From assembly GCA_051362555.1 (NCBI GenBank), contig CM120644.1, positions 19,738,534-19,802,533 on the forward strand: DNA of 64,000 nt. Direction: 5' to 3'. Both the position numbers and the translations under genes were made by a program. The DNA comes from Lingula anatina (Eukaryota; Animalia; Brachiopoda). Each line of letters starts with the position of its first letter. Within the stretch, counting starts at the first letter, position 1. Shown here piece after piece: positions 63,695 to 64,000 of this stretch. The notes beneath the pieces were generated by a model. It saw only the letters and a list, made by a program, of their open reading frames with translations. It did not search any database and was not told the origin of the DNA.

Positions 63695-64000
63695 GATCTT
63701 TTATATATATTTAAAGATAGTTTGTCAATGAGAGGTGCGAGATATATATATATATATATGTATGTATATATTTATTCTTTCAGATAAAAAAATTATTATC
63801 ACAAAAATTATATTTCTGTACACATTTGTGGTGTTTTTGCTGTACAGAATAGAACTGCTTTTTAATTTTGTACTGCTCAATAGGAATGTTCTCAGTTTAA
63901 GAAATGAAAACTTTAACAATTTAAATGATTTGTTGTTATTTTTTTATTATCTACCTTTTTTGTAATTATTATCAGGCACTGTTTGCTGTTACTGTTATCA

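Overview
AT-rich, intron-containing animal genomic DNA, probably a marine invertebrate such as a mollusc (inferred from repeat and gene style; not bacterial). Apparently intact genes: a 5-exon sigma-class glutathione S-transferase (-) with an ARE/TATA promoter, a tRNA-Gly(GCC), and a spliced ~969-aa DDE transposase at the right end. A 3-exon small secreted Cys-rich gene at 1.8-2.8 kb has one in-frame TGA in a U-x-x-C context (candidate selenoprotein, or a nonsense allele). The rest is a mosaic of transposons and broken genes. Transposons: Tc1, a 5'-truncated LINE with target-site duplication (TSD), an ISL2EU-type element (SWIM-YqaJ-PHD gene plus Harbinger-like transposase), a Gypsy 3' end, Helentron-like elements and several MITEs. 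Broken genes: a tandem C2H2 zinc-finger array with Cys at the conserved Leu position, an orphan HEATR3-like exon, a CBM20/micro-exon gene split by the ISL2EU element, and an LRP2/megalin-like 3' fragment. There is also a 62-bp minisatellite and a ~10.5-kb higher-order tandem array (1731-bp unit = ~193-bp monomers plus an exon-like block). All calls are by eye; no database searches were run.
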